A stretch of 64,000 nucleotides of DNA from positions 128,001 to 192,000 of the forward strand of contig CAWKBC010000021.1 in assembly GCA_963847705.1 (NCBI GenBank), given 5' to 3'. How positions within the stretch are numbered: position 1 is the first letter of the stretch; each line of letters opens with the position of its first letter. Position numbers and translations under genes: made by a program. Positions 40,571 to 50,456 of this stretch are shown piece after piece. Origin of the DNA: an uncultured Pseudomonadota bacterium (GTDB lineage Bacteria > Myxococcota_A > Polyangia > Fen-1088). The notes beneath the pieces were generated by a model. That model did no database searches and was not told the DNA's origin. It was given only the letters and a program-made list of their open reading frames with translations.

Positions 40571-41278
40571 TCAGGCGCGGCCGTAGACCGGCACCAGCGC
40601 GCCGGAGGTGAGCACGTTGGCGGGGGAGATCAGCCAGGCGAGCGCCGCCGCGATCTCGCCCGTCTTGGGCCAGCGCGCGTGATCGGCGGCCGGCATCGCC
40701 GCGCGATTCGCCGGCGTGTCGATGATCGAGGGCACCACCGCGTTGACGAGGATGCCGTCCGCGCGCAGCTCGTCGGCCAGCGCCTCGGTGAGCGCCGCGA
40801 CGCCCGCCTTGGCGACGGTGTAGGCGACGGCGCCGCCCGCAGGAACGGCCGCCGCGCGCGAGCTGACGTTGGCGATCCGCCCGCCGCGCCCGCCGGCGCG
40901 CATGTTGCGAGCCGCCTCGCGGCAACAGAGAAACGCCGTGGTCAGGTTCTGCTCGATCTGCGTGTGCAGGTCGACCAACGTGGTGTCGAGGATCGGCGCC
41001 GCTCGAAACCCGCCCGCCAGGTGAACCGACGCCCAGAGCGGCGGCCGCGAAGCATAGAATTCGCGCACCGCCGCCTCGTCGGTGAGGTCGACCCCAGCCA
41101 CGCTGACGATCCGGGCGTCCTTGCGGACCTCCTGCCGAACGGCGTCGCCACCGCCGCGCAGCGGGAGGTGACAGGTCGCCCCCGCCGCCAGCAGCACCTC
41201 CACCACCGCGGGCCCGAGGCCTCCCGCCGCGCCCGTCACCACCACCTGCCGCCCCTCGAGCTCGCTCTGGCTGTTCAT
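40571..41278 (-). CDS. SDR oxidoreductase
   Basis: VTGAAGGLG, YTVAK, PSIIDTPANR. Confidence 0.9.
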   Translation of the reverse strand: MNSQSELEGRQVVVTGAAGGLGPAVVEVLLAAGATCHLPLRGGGDAVRQEVRKDARIVSVAGVDLTDEAAVREFYASRPPLWASVHLAGGFRAAPILDTTLVDLHTQIEQNLTTAFLCCREAARNMRAGGRGGRIANVSSRAAAVPAGGAVAYTVAKAGVAALTEALADELRADGILVNAVVPSIIDTPANRAAMPAADHARWPKTGEIAAALAWLISPANVLTSGALVPVYGRA

Positions 41279-41357
41279 GGGCGGCAAGGATGTCACGGCG
41301 GCCGAGCGCCCGCTCGCGGAGGTTGCGTCCGGCGCGCGCGGGCCCGCCAGACCCGCG

Positions 41358-41596
41358 CGCGACCGACGGCCGGCTGGTCGCAACCGACGTCAGCTGGTCG
41401 CGCCGACGTCAGCTGGTCGCGCCGACGGTCAGCTGGTCGCGCCGACGTCAGCTGGTCGCGCCGACGTCAGCTGGTCGCGCCGACGGTCAGCTGGTCGCGC
41501 CGACGTCAGCTGGTCGCGCCGACGGTCAGCTGGTCGCGACCGACGGTCACCCGGTGGCGGCCGACGGTCACTTGTCGCGACCGACCGTCAGCTGGT
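41358..41596. repeat. 19-21 bp tandem repeat array (~11 units)
   Basis: gctggtcgcgccgac(g)gtca units with no spacers; degenerate at both ends. Confidence 0.95.
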
Positions 41597-42475
41597 GTAG
41601 TGGCCGGCTTCGAGATCCTGGATGAGGGTCGGGTGGGACGGCTGCCAGCCCATTCGTTGGCGGGTGAGCGTGTTCGACGCCGGCTGGTCCATCGAGAAGA
41701 AGCGGCCGAGCCAGCCGAAGTGGGCGCCGGCGGCCTCGGGGGCGATCGCGGCCACCGGCAGCCCGAGCTTCCGTCCGATGACTTCCGCGATCGTCCGGGC
41801 CGGCACGCCTTCGTCCGCCACCCCGTGGAGCACCGACCCCGCGGGCGCCTTTTCGAACGCCAGACGAAACAGGCTGCCGGCGTCGAGGCGATGAACCGCG
41901 GGCCAGCGGTTCTCCCCGTCGCCGATGTAGCCCGAGACGCCTTTGTCGCGGGCGATGTCGACCAGCACCTTGACGAACCCGTGGTCTCCCGGACCGTGGA
42001 CCGTCGGCGCCAGCCGGACGGCCGACACGCGCACGCCGCGCGCGGCCAACGCCAGCGCCACCACCGCGTTCGCCGCCCGCGGATGCGCCTGGGGATCGAA
42101 CGGGATCTCCTCGGTCGCGAGGCGCCTCGGCACCAACCCCACCACCCCGGAGGCGAACACCAACGGCCGCCCGGACCCGGCCAGGACGGCGCCCATCGCC
42201 TCGATCGCCCGACCGTCGGTCTGGATCGAGGCCTCGAAATTGGAGAAGTCGTGGATGAACCCCAGATGAATCACGCCGTCGGTCTCGGCCGCCCCCACCT
42301 GCAAGCTCTTCGGCTCATTCAGATCGCCGCGAAGCACCTCGGCCCCGGCGGCCGCCAGGGCCTTCGCCGAGGCCTCCGAGCGGGCCAGCCCCAGGACCCG
42401 ATGACCTGACGAGATGAGCTCGGGAACGACGGCCGAGCCGATGAAACCAGACGCGCCAGTGACGAATACCCGCAT
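41588..42475 (-). CDS. NAD-dependent epimerase/dehydratase (atypical SDR)
   Basis: MRVFVTGASGFIGS, HLGFIHDF, WPAVHRLDA. Confidence 0.92.
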   Translation of the reverse strand: MRVFVTGASGFIGSAVVPELISSGHRVLGLARSEASAKALAAAGAEVLRGDLNEPKSLQVGAAETDGVIHLGFIHDFSNFEASIQTDGRAIEAMGAVLAGSGRPLVFASGVVGLVPRRLATEEIPFDPQAHPRAANAVVALALAARGVRVSAVRLAPTVHGPGDHGFVKVLVDIARDKGVSGYIGDGENRWPAVHRLDAGSLFRLAFEKAPAGSVLHGVADEGVPARTIAEVIGRKLGLPVAAIAPEAAGAHFGWLGRFFSMDQPASNTLTRQRMGWQPSHPTLIQDLEAGHYTS

Positions 42476-42499
42476 GGGAATGCTCCTTTCGCGATGACA

Positions 42500-42570
42500 A
42501 TGTCAGTCGCTGTCATCGATCTAGCACCTGATGTCAGTGACTGCAATGGCGTCATGACAGGGACTGACGT
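42500..42570. promoter_or_regulatory. Three palindromic putative TetR operators
   Basis: atgtcagtcgctgtcat (42500), atgtcagtgactgcaat (42531) and atgacagggactgacgt (42554) between divergent SDR and TetR genes. Confidence 0.7.
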
Positions 42571-42581
42571 AGGTTGTGGGG

Positions 42582-43217
42582 ATGGCGCGCTGGGAACCCG
42601 ACGCCTCCGGCCGGCTGGTCGAGGCGGCGATGCAGCTCTACCGCGAGCGCGGGTTCGACCGGACCACGGTGGCGGACATCGCCGCGCGCGCCGGGCTGAC
42701 CGAGCGGACGTTCTTCCGCTACTTCGCCGACAAGCGGGAGGTCCTCTTCTCAGGCTCCGGCACGCTGGAGGAGCTCCTGGTCGACAAGGTCGCGTCTGCG
42801 CCGGCGTCCACGCCGCCGATCGACGTGGTCGCGGGCGCGCTCGCCGAGACCACAGCGTTCTTCGAACCGCGCCGCGACTTCGCCCGCCAGCGCCACGCCC
42901 TCATCGTTGCCCACGCCGAGCTGCACGAGCGGGAGCTGATCAAGCTCGCGGGGCTGGCGGTGGCGATCGGCGAGGCGCTGCGCCGCCGTGGCGTGCCGGC
43001 GCCAGCGGCCAGCCTGGCGGCCGAAGCGGGGATGACCATCTTCAAGCGGGCGTTCGAGGCCTGGGTCGAGGACGGCAAGAAGAGGGACCTCGGCCACCAC
43101 ATCCGGGCGGCGCACGCCGAGCTCGAAGGCGTCCTCGCGGGGACGCGGCAGAGGCGCGCGGTGGAGGGGCGCGCGGCGGCGGGACGCGGGGAACGGGCCC
43201 CCCGCGGCTCGCGCTGA
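42582..43217 (+). CDS. TetR-family regulator
   Basis: GFDRTTVADIAARAGLTERTFFRYFADK. Confidence 0.93.
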   Translation: MARWEPDASGRLVEAAMQLYRERGFDRTTVADIAARAGLTERTFFRYFADKREVLFSGSGTLEELLVDKVASAPASTPPIDVVAGALAETTAFFEPRRDFARQRHALIVAHAELHERELIKLAGLAVAIGEALRRRGVPAPAASLAAEAGMTIFKRAFEAWVEDGKKRDLGHHIRAAHAELEGVLAGTRQRRAVEGRAAAGRGERAPRGSR

Positions 43218-43293
43218 GGGACTGTCGTTCGGCCCGACCGCGGATCCGCTCCAGCGCGTCCCTCGCCTGAGCGGCTGGCGCTATAACCCGGGC

Positions 43294-44070
43294 ATGGATC
43301 TCGGGCTCGCAGGGAAGGTCGCATTGGTCACCGGCGCCAGCCGCGGCATCGGGCGCGCGATCGCGCTCGGGCTGGCGGCCGAGGGCGCGCGCGTCGTGAT
43401 GTGCGCGCGCAACGCTGCCGATCTGGACGCGGCCGTGCGCGAGGCGCGGGCGCGCGGCGGAGGCGAGACGGCGGCGGTCGGCGCGACGGCCGACGTGACG
43501 ACCCCCGCCGGCGTGGCCGCCCTCGTCGACACCGCGCTGGCCGCCTACGGCGGCATCGACCTGGTGGTCAACAACGTCGGCGGCTCGGGGGCGCGCGACT
43601 TCGCCTCCACCGACGACGCCGACCTGCAGGCGGTCCTCGAGCGCAACCTGTTCCCGGCGCTGCGGGTGTCGCGCGCCGCGCTCCCGCACCTCATCGCGCG
43701 CGGCGGCGGCGTCATCATCTTGATCGCCTCCGTCTACGGCCGGGAGTCGGGCGGCGGCCCCAGCTACAACGCCGCCAAGGCCGCCGAGATCAGCCTGGCC
43801 AAGTCGATGGCCCGCGACCTCGCCAAGGATGGCATCCGCGTCGTGAGCGTGGCGCCCGGCTCGGTCCTGTTTCCGGGCGGCGGCTGGGAGCGGCGCCAGA
43901 AGGCCGACCCCGAGGGGATCGCGGCGTTCGTCAAACGCGAGATCCCGTGCGGGCGCTTCGGCCGGCCGGAGGAGATCGCGGACGTGGTGACGTTCCTCTG
44001 CTCTTCGCGGGCGGGGTGGGTTACGGGGGCGTGCGTGCCGGTGGATGGGGGGCAAGGGCGGGCGTTCTGA
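43294..44070 (+). CDS. SDR oxidoreductase
   Basis: VTGASRGIG, NNVG, YNAAK, GRFGRPEE, VDGG. Confidence 0.92.
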   Translation: MDLGLAGKVALVTGASRGIGRAIALGLAAEGARVVMCARNAADLDAAVREARARGGGETAAVGATADVTTPAGVAALVDTALAAYGGIDLVVNNVGGSGARDFASTDDADLQAVLERNLFPALRVSRAALPHLIARGGGVIILIASVYGRESGGGPSYNAAKAAEISLAKSMARDLAKDGIRVVSVAPGSVLFPGGGWERRQKADPEGIAAFVKREIPCGRFGRPEEIADVVTFLCSSRAGWVTGACVPVDGGQGRAF

Positions 44071-44212
44071 GCGTGGTGGCGCAGCTACGGGCTCTCGCCG
44101 TAGAGAATCAGGCGCATCCTTTTCCGCCTGCCATCCGGCGACGAACAAACGACGCAATCAGCGGATCTGGCTGGACCAGGTCGGAGTCGGGAGGGCGCCG
44201 CGCGCGCCTCGG

Positions 44213-45471
44213 TCAACCCGCGGCGTGGTGCGCGTCGGCCTCGGCGATGAACCGCCGCACCTCCGGATAGACCACCTCGCGCCAGCGGCGGCCGCTGAAG
44301 ACGCCGTAATGGCCTCCGCCCTTGATCGTCACCTGGCGCTTTCGCTCGGGGGGATCCCGCTGCACAGATCGAGCGCCGCCCGCGTCTGGCCGGCCCCGGA
44401 GATGTCGTCCAGCTCGCCCTCGATGGTCAGGAGTGCGGGTTTGGTGATCGCTTCGGGCGCCACGCGCGCTTCGCCGACGTACCAGAGGCCGCGCGGCAAC
44501 AGGTGCTCCTGGAAGACGATGCGGATGGAGTCCAGGTAGTACTCCGCGGGGAGATCCTGAACGGCGTTGTACTCGTTGTAGAAGCGCCGGTGCTCTTCAG
44601 CGTCGTTGAGGTCGCCCTCGACGAGGTGCCGGTAGAAGTCCCAGTGCGAGCTGAGATGTCGGACCGGGTTCATGGCCATGAAGCCGGCGTGCTGGAGAAA
44701 CCCCGGATAGACCCGGCGGCCCCGCCCGGGGTAGGTCACCGGGACCTCGTCGATGACGTACGTCTCGAACCAGCTCAAGGAGCGGTGGGTGGCGAGGTCG
44801 TTGACCTTGGTGGGGCTGCAACGCGAATCGATCGGACCACCGATCAAGGTCAAGCTGCGCGGCACCGGCTCGCCGGCTGACGACATCAGGGCCGCAGCGG
44901 CCAGGACCGGGACCGCCGGCTGACAGACGGCGATCACGTGCATCCGGTCCGCGCCGAGCGTCCGCAGGAACTGGCGCAGGTGGTTGACGTAGTCGTCCAG
45001 CGTGAAGGCGCCGCGAACGAGCGGCACCATCCGGGCGTTGACCCAGTCGGTCACGTAGACGTCATGGTTCGTGAGCAGGGTGCGCACCGTATCGCGCAGC
45101 AACGTGGCGTTGTGGCCCGACAGCGGCGCCACCACCAGGACTGCGGGGTCGGCCCGGAGGCTGGCATTGACGTCGTCGCGATCGCTGGAACGCCGGAAGT
45201 GCTTCAGCAGGCAAAACGGTTTCGCGAGCACCGTCTGCTCCAGCACGGCGACCTGGCTGCCGTGGGCCTCGACCACGTGAATCCCGAACTCGGGTTTGTT
45301 GTAGGTCTTGCCGAGCCGGTAAAGCAGCTCGTAGCCGGCGGCCAGGGTGGTGGCGCCCGGCAGCTTCGCCAACCAGGTCCCCGGTTCCGAGAACAGCCGG
45401 GCGCCTGCCTCGGCCATGTACGTGGTTGGTGCCAGCAGCTCGCGGCCGTATTCATGGAATTGGTAGAGCAC
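44213..45471 (-). pseudogene. phaZ: Intracellular PHB depolymerase PhaZ, -1 frameshift near 44341
   Basis: APLSGH.ATLLR, AVCQP, VYPGFLQ, EGELDDI; GHYGVFSGRRWR continues in another frame to the stop at 44213. Confidence 0.9.
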
Positions 45472-45580
45472 GCTCCTGGTCCCGCGACGCCAAGGTGGGT
45501 TCAAATCTCACGACATCAAGCTTGCGAAGGCGAGCGGACGGAAAATCGCCGCCCCGGGGCCAATGCTAGCTTTCAGGGGA

Positions 45581-45943
45581 ATGGTCAAGTTGAAGCGAGC
45601 CTACGAGCCGGCAGCGCGCGGCGATGGATATCGCGTGCTGGTCGAGCGGTTGTGGCCGCGGGGCATCCGGAAGGAAGAATTGGCCCTCGACGAATGGCGC
45701 AAGGAGGTCGCGCCGAGCGGCCAGCTTCGCCAGTGGTTCCACCACGATCCGGAACGCTGGGTCGAGTTCAAGCTTCGCTATCTGAAAGAGCTGAAAGAGC
45801 CGGCGGCTTCCGAGCAGCTGCACGCGCTGGCCGCTCGGGCGGCCGCCCGCACGCTCACGCTCATCTTTTCTTCCCACGACACCGAGCACAACAACGCGGT
45901 CGTGCTCAAGGGGGAGATCGAGCGCCTCGCCCGTCGGCGTTGA
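45581..45943 (+). CDS. DUF488 (YeaO-like) protein
   Basis: KRAYE..DGYRVLVERLWPRG..APS..LR.WF.HDP..HNNAVVL. Confidence 0.9.
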   Translation: MVKLKRAYEPAARGDGYRVLVERLWPRGIRKEELALDEWRKEVAPSGQLRQWFHHDPERWVEFKLRYLKELKEPAASEQLHALAARAAARTLTLIFSSHDTEHNNAVVLKGEIERLARRR

Positions 45944-46062
45944 CGCTCACGGGAGCTCCGAACGAACCACGGGCTCGCGCGAGCGCGATGATGGCGCCGG
46001 CGCCGGAGACGCTCCGATGCAATTCGTTGACCCGCCGGCGGGGCCGGTGCGATCGTTGGCCC

Positions 46063-46359
46063 ATGTTCGTCGAGATCGCGTTGTTGAAGGCCAAGAGCGG
46101 GGACGCGGAGCGCTTGCGGGAGGGGCTGCGCGCGGCGCGTCCGGTGATCGCCAGCGCGGCCGGCTACCAGGGCAGCGTGTTTTACCAGGGGGTCGAGAGC
46201 CCGGAGTCGTTCATCCTGCGCGTGGAGTGGGAGACGCTGGAAGCGCACATGGAAGGCTTCCGGCAGGGGCCGCTGTTCGCCGAATGGCGCAGTCACTTCC
46301 AGGCCTTCCTCGACGGCCCGCCCGCCATGACGCACTACCAGCCGATCGCCGGGCCTTAG
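46063..46359 (+). CDS. Antibiotic biosynthesis monooxygenase (ABM) family protein
   Basis: GVESPE.FIL.VEWETLEAH.EGFR. Confidence 0.88.
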   Translation: MFVEIALLKAKSGDAERLREGLRAARPVIASAAGYQGSVFYQGVESPESFILRVEWETLEAHMEGFRQGPLFAEWRSHFQAFLDGPPAMTHYQPIAGP

Positions 46360-46393
46360 CGTCGGTCGAAGCGCCGGCTCGGTCAGCCGTCCG

Positions 46394-47719
46394 TCACCAG
46401 CCGAGCTTGGCCTGGAGCTCGGTGACGAGCTGGTCGGCCATGATCTGGTTCTCGGCGGGATCCGGGTGGTACTGGCAGGCTTCCTTGTCGGCCGTCTGCG
46501 CCACGATCTTGTCGAAGAACTCGACGTTCTTGTCGCCGGCGGAGATGCGCGCGGCGACCGAGTTCTTGATGTGGCCCTGGATCGTCGTGAGGTCGGTGCC
46601 GCTGAGGAGCGGACCGATGATGCAGACGATCAGCGCGCCCGGGTACTTGGAGCGCACCGTCTGAAGCAGTCCGGTGTAGGCGGTCTCGAACGGCGTGCCG
46701 GGATCGCCTTTGTTGTTGCTGATGTCGTTCGTTCCGAGGTTGACGATCACCACCTGGGCCTGGGTGCGGAAGTCCCAGGCCGGCGTGGCGTCGTTCGTCA
46801 GCGCGCGTGGGTAGACCATCGGCAGCGTGTTGGTCATGTCACCGCCGTAGTTGCGGTAGACCCCCTGGCCCGACATGGCGATCGTGTTCACGTCGGCGCC
46901 GAGGGCGCGCGCGGCGACGGCGCCGTAGGTGTCCCAGTGGCTCTCGGTCGGGAAGCAGTCGCTGTCGGCCAGCGTGCCGAGCGTCCCGTACCCGCAGCTG
47001 ATCGAGTCGCCGATGATCTCGATGAGGCGGGCGGGCGCCGCCGGCGGGGTGGTGAGTGCGCCGCCACCGACGGTGATGGCGAGGAGCTGAGAGTCGCCCT
47101 GCGAGCCTTCGGTTTGGCGGTAGAGCTCGACGGTGTGCATCCCGGTGGCGAGGCCGCTGACCACGCTGGCCGTCTGCTGACCGCTCGGAATCGTGAACGC
47201 CGCCTGGGGCGTACCGTCGACGACCGCCTTGAAGATGAACGCGCCCGAGCTGTTGATCTGCACCGACAGCGAGGTCCCGGAGAAGCGGGCGACGAACCCG
47301 CTGCCCGACCAGGAGAAGCGGGGGCGCTGCGCGTCGGTGAGGTCGACCCGGCCGACCCATCGCACGCCGGCCGCGACGACGCCAGGTTGACCGGCGCCAC
47401 CGTCGGTCGAGCCGTCCGTTCCCGAGCTGCCGCCGGTGCCTGTGCCGCCGCCCGCTCCCGGCGCTCCGCCGGTCCCCGTGCCGCCGCCCGCTCCCGGCGC
47501 TCCGCCGGTGCCCGGTGTGCCACCGGTGCCGGGTGTCCCTCCGCTGCCGGGCGTGCCGCCGGAGCTTGCGTCGGACCCAGGTCCGGTGGACCCCGAGCCA
47601 CACGCGCTCGCCGTCGAGGCCACGCAGGCGGCGGTCACGACGAGCGCCTGCCAGCGGCGGGCGCGAGGAGGACGATGTCCGGAGGTCGCGTTGGGGCCGG
47701 CGGAACGCACGACCGGCAT
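46394..47719 (-). CDS. CE2-type SGNH acetylxylan esterase lipoprotein
   Basis: ASAC lipobox, Gly linker, IEIIGDSISCGYG, NLGTND, YHP. Confidence 0.88.
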   Translation of the reverse strand: MPVVRSAGPNATSGHRPPRARRWQALVVTAACVASTASACGSGSTGPGSDASSGGTPGSGGTPGTGGTPGTGGAPGAGGGTGTGGAPGAGGGTGTGGSSGTDGSTDGGAGQPGVVAAGVRWVGRVDLTDAQRPRFSWSGSGFVARFSGTSLSVQINSSGAFIFKAVVDGTPQAAFTIPSGQQTASVVSGLATGMHTVELYRQTEGSQGDSQLLAITVGGGALTTPPAAPARLIEIIGDSISCGYGTLGTLADSDCFPTESHWDTYGAVAARALGADVNTIAMSGQGVYRNYGGDMTNTLPMVYPRALTNDATPAWDFRTQAQVVIVNLGTNDISNNKGDPGTPFETAYTGLLQTVRSKYPGALIVCIIGPLLSGTDLTTIQGHIKNSVAARISAGDKNVEFFDKIVAQTADKEACQYHPDPAENQIMADQLVTELQAKLGW

Positions 47720-47767
47720 TGTAGGAACGACCGCTGCCGGTCGGGCAACAGGAAACGTGGCGCGGCG

Positions 47768-48700
47768 TTAGGACGAGCGCCTGGTGGCGGGCATCGCGAC
47801 GCGATCAAAACCGTAGGGGGGCGCGGGCGGGACGAGCTCACGCGGGAGCTGCTGCCGGTCTTGGCGGTCTTGCCGGTCTTGTCGCTCTCGTCGATCTGGC
47901 CTGGCCACGCTCTGCAGATAGACGGGCGGAGCTTCGCGGCGGACGGCTGTGGGCCGCTCGGAAGGAGCGCCGATAGCAGCGTCGATCCGTTGAAGCTTGT
48001 AGCCCACGCCCAGCACCGATTGCAGACGTTCGCCGTGATCCCCCAGCTTCCTGCGCAGGTTCAGGGTGTGGGTGTCGACGGTGCGTCCGCCACCTGCGTG
48101 GCGATAGCCCCAGACGCGGGAAAGCAGCTCCTGCCGAGAAAAAACCCGGTTGATCCGCTCGACGAGGAAACGGAGCAGCTGAAATTCGTACGGCGTCAGC
48201 TTGAGGGACTGCTCATCCCGGTAAGCCTGCCGCATCTCGCAGTCGAGCACGATCTCGCCGTATCGCAGCTGCAGCGGCGCGCGCGGCCGACTGTCACGCG
48301 CCTTGAGCTGCCAGAGCCGGGCAGCCAGCTCCTCCAGGGTGATGGGCGAGAGGATGAAGTCGTCCGCCCCGATCTCGGCGGTGAACGCCGTGACGCGCGG
48401 CAACTCCAGCGACAGAAGGATCCGCGCCGCAATCAGCTCCGGACGCCGTCGCAGCCGCTGGATGGCGCTTCGTCCGATCTCCAGGTGCTCCCCCGCCTCG
48501 ACGATGACCACGTCCGCCGGCACCGCCCGCGACTCGAGCTCGATCAAGTCGAAGCCCGACACGGTCACCTCGTGCCCGAGCGCGCGGAGCAGGGAGGCGG
48601 GCGCGTCGGTCCGGTCGTTGCCGTCGGGATCGAGGGTGACGACGACGGTGCGCAGACGCGGACCGAAGAACCCCATCCGAGCTGTCGACGAAAGCGACAT
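47768..48700 (-). CDS. OmpR-type winged-helix regulator with atypical receiver (GlnR-like); start uncertain
   Basis: LTPYEFQLL, FSRQELL..VWGY, RTVDTH..NLRRKLG, GVGYK. Confidence 0.85.
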   Translation of the reverse strand: MSLSSTARMGFFGPRLRTVVVTLDPDGNDRTDAPASLLRALGHEVTVSGFDLIELESRAVPADVVIVEAGEHLEIGRSAIQRLRRRPELIAARILLSLELPRVTAFTAEIGADDFILSPITLEELAARLWQLKARDSRPRAPLQLRYGEIVLDCEMRQAYRDEQSLKLTPYEFQLLRFLVERINRVFSRQELLSRVWGYRHAGGGRTVDTHTLNLRRKLGDHGERLQSVLGVGYKLQRIDAAIGAPSERPTAVRREAPPVYLQSVARPDRRERQDRQDRQDRQQLPRELVPPAPPYGFDRVAMPATRRSS

Positions 48701-48737
48701 TGAGCGCACTTTACCCAAGCGGAGCCGACCGATCCAT

Positions 48738-48778
48738 AAGTAAGTAACTATTTACATCAAGTAAGTGATTGTTTACAT
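48738..48778. promoter_or_regulatory. Tandem AT-rich palindromic operators (GTAA-N8-TTAC x2)
   Basis: aagtaagtaactatttacat-c-aagtaagtgattgtttacat, period 21, between divergent regulator genes. Confidence 0.65.
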
Positions 48779-48832
48779 GCGCGAAACCTTGGCGTTACGC
48801 CAGACGGGTCGGGGGGACGTATTCTGGTATCG

Positions 48833-49471
48833 ATGAACGGCGGAAAGCGGAACGCAGACCGGACCCGGGAGAAGATCCTTCGCGCCGCCATCGGCGAGTT
48901 CTCGACCCACGGCTACAGCGGCGCGCGCGTCGAGCGAATCCGCCAGCGGGCCCGCGCCAACACCCGCATGATCTATCACTACTTCGGCGACAAGAGCCGG
49001 CTCTACGTCGCGGTGCTCGAGCACGTGATCGGGGAGCTGCGTCAGGAAGAGATGCGCCTGGAGATCGACCGGATCGACCCGGTGGAGGGGCTCCTGCAGC
49101 TGTTCGACTTCGTCGACCAGCACTTCACGGCGCATCCCGAGCTGATGACCCTGCTGAGCGGGGAGAACCTCCTGCGTGGCCGGTTCCTGCGCGCCTCCGC
49201 CAAGACCCGGATCATCAGCTCCCCCCTGACGTCACTCATCGAGGAGCTCCTCCGCCGCGGCGAGCGCAAAGGACTCATCCGGCCGGGCATCGATCCCCTT
49301 CACCTCTACGTGGTCATGGTGGCGCTCTGCTATTTCCACCGCTCCAACGCCCACACGCTCTCGTTCCTGTTTCACACCGACCTCCTGGAGACCGACTGGC
49401 AGAGCGCGCACAAGAAGATGGCCAACGAGATGCTCGTGGGATACCTGCGCGCCAGACGCGCCGCGCCCTGA
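48833..49471 (+). CDS. TetR-family regulator (RutR/NicS-like)
   Basis: ILRAA..EF...GYSGARV..I, MIYHYFGDK..LY. Confidence 0.92.
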   Translation: MNGGKRNADRTREKILRAAIGEFSTHGYSGARVERIRQRARANTRMIYHYFGDKSRLYVAVLEHVIGELRQEEMRLEIDRIDPVEGLLQLFDFVDQHFTAHPELMTLLSGENLLRGRFLRASAKTRIISSPLTSLIEELLRRGERKGLIRPGIDPLHLYVVMVALCYFHRSNAHTLSFLFHTDLLETDWQSAHKKMANEMLVGYLRARRAAP

Positions 49472-49590
49472 CCCCCGACTATCCATCGCGGGCGCGGCCG
49501 CGCCATCGAAGCGCATCCGTGAGGAGATCTCGCAGGCGCTCGCGCTTGCAGGTCGCTCGATGCGGACGATGTTTCCTGGTGAGCGCGATC

Positions 49591-50397
49591 ATGCGACGAC
49601 GAGACCCGAATCGGGAGTCGGCTGGGGGAGGGGGTCGCCTTCGCGGAGTCTGGCCCCTGGTCGCGCTGGCCGCGCTGATGGTGCCGGTGAGCGCCTGCGG
49701 CAGGGCTCCCGTGCTGCTGCCGACCCGCGGCTACACGAGCGCGATCGGGAGAAGCTCGCTGGCGGTGGAGAGCCGAAGCGGTGTGACCATGACGGCCGAC
49801 GCCAGCGTCTGGGATGACTCACCAAGGAATCTGGCCAGCGAGGTGACACCCGTCTGGGTCACCCTCCACAACGCGAGCGGGCGGCGGCTGCGCGTCCAGT
49901 ACGATGAGTTCAGCCTGGGAGGAGCCTCCGGCGCGCACTACGTCGCGCTCGCGCCTTACGTCTTCCGCACCTCCACCACGAGGGCCGTCTTCGAGGTCCC
50001 GAACGGCGGCTACTTCGACAAGTTCCAGATCGCCGCGTACCTGGCCCCCTTCTATCCCTGGCTGCCGGTCTGGGAGGGCCCTCTTCCCTGCAGTCCGTTC
50101 GTCACGTCGGCCGCCTGGCAGACGCACCTGCCGAGCGCCGGCGTGCTCGATCGGGCACTGCCAGAGGGCGTGCTGGAGAACAGGGGCACCGCGAGCGGCT
50201 ACCTGTACTTCCAGAAGGTGGGCGCCGGGGAGCGTGAGGTGACCCTCCAGGCCGGGCTGCAAGAGCCGACGCAGGCGCGCCAGGCGACCACCCATCGGCT
50301 CGCGTCGATCGACATCCCGTTTCGTCGAGCCTATCGGCGGCCGCCCAAGCTCTCCCCCTCCTATACGCCGCCGCCAGGGGCGATCTGGATGTACTGA
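49591..50397 (+). CDS. Hypothetical lipoprotein
   Basis: LVALAALMVPVSAC lipobox; beta-rich mature region, LPEGVL..G.ASGYLYF. Confidence 0.65.
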   Translation: MRRRDPNRESAGGGGRLRGVWPLVALAALMVPVSACGRAPVLLPTRGYTSAIGRSSLAVESRSGVTMTADASVWDDSPRNLASEVTPVWVTLHNASGRRLRVQYDEFSLGGASGAHYVALAPYVFRTSTTRAVFEVPNGGYFDKFQIAAYLAPFYPWLPVWEGPLPCSPFVTSAAWQTHLPSAGVLDRALPEGVLENRGTASGYLYFQKVGAGEREVTLQAGLQEPTQARQATTHRLASIDIPFRRAYRRPPKLSPSYTPPPGAIWMY

Positions 50398-50456
50398 GGC
50401 TCCCGGGCTCGATGCGGAAACGGAAGCGCGCGCGGCAGGAGTAGACTCCGCCGCGC

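Noticed and set aside
41358-41596. Possible CRISPR array
   Set aside because: Units are contiguous with no unique spacers, and no cas genes are present
48769-50397. 542-aa ORF
   Set aside because: The N-terminal half is an alternate frame of the TetR gene; the real lipoprotein starts near 49591
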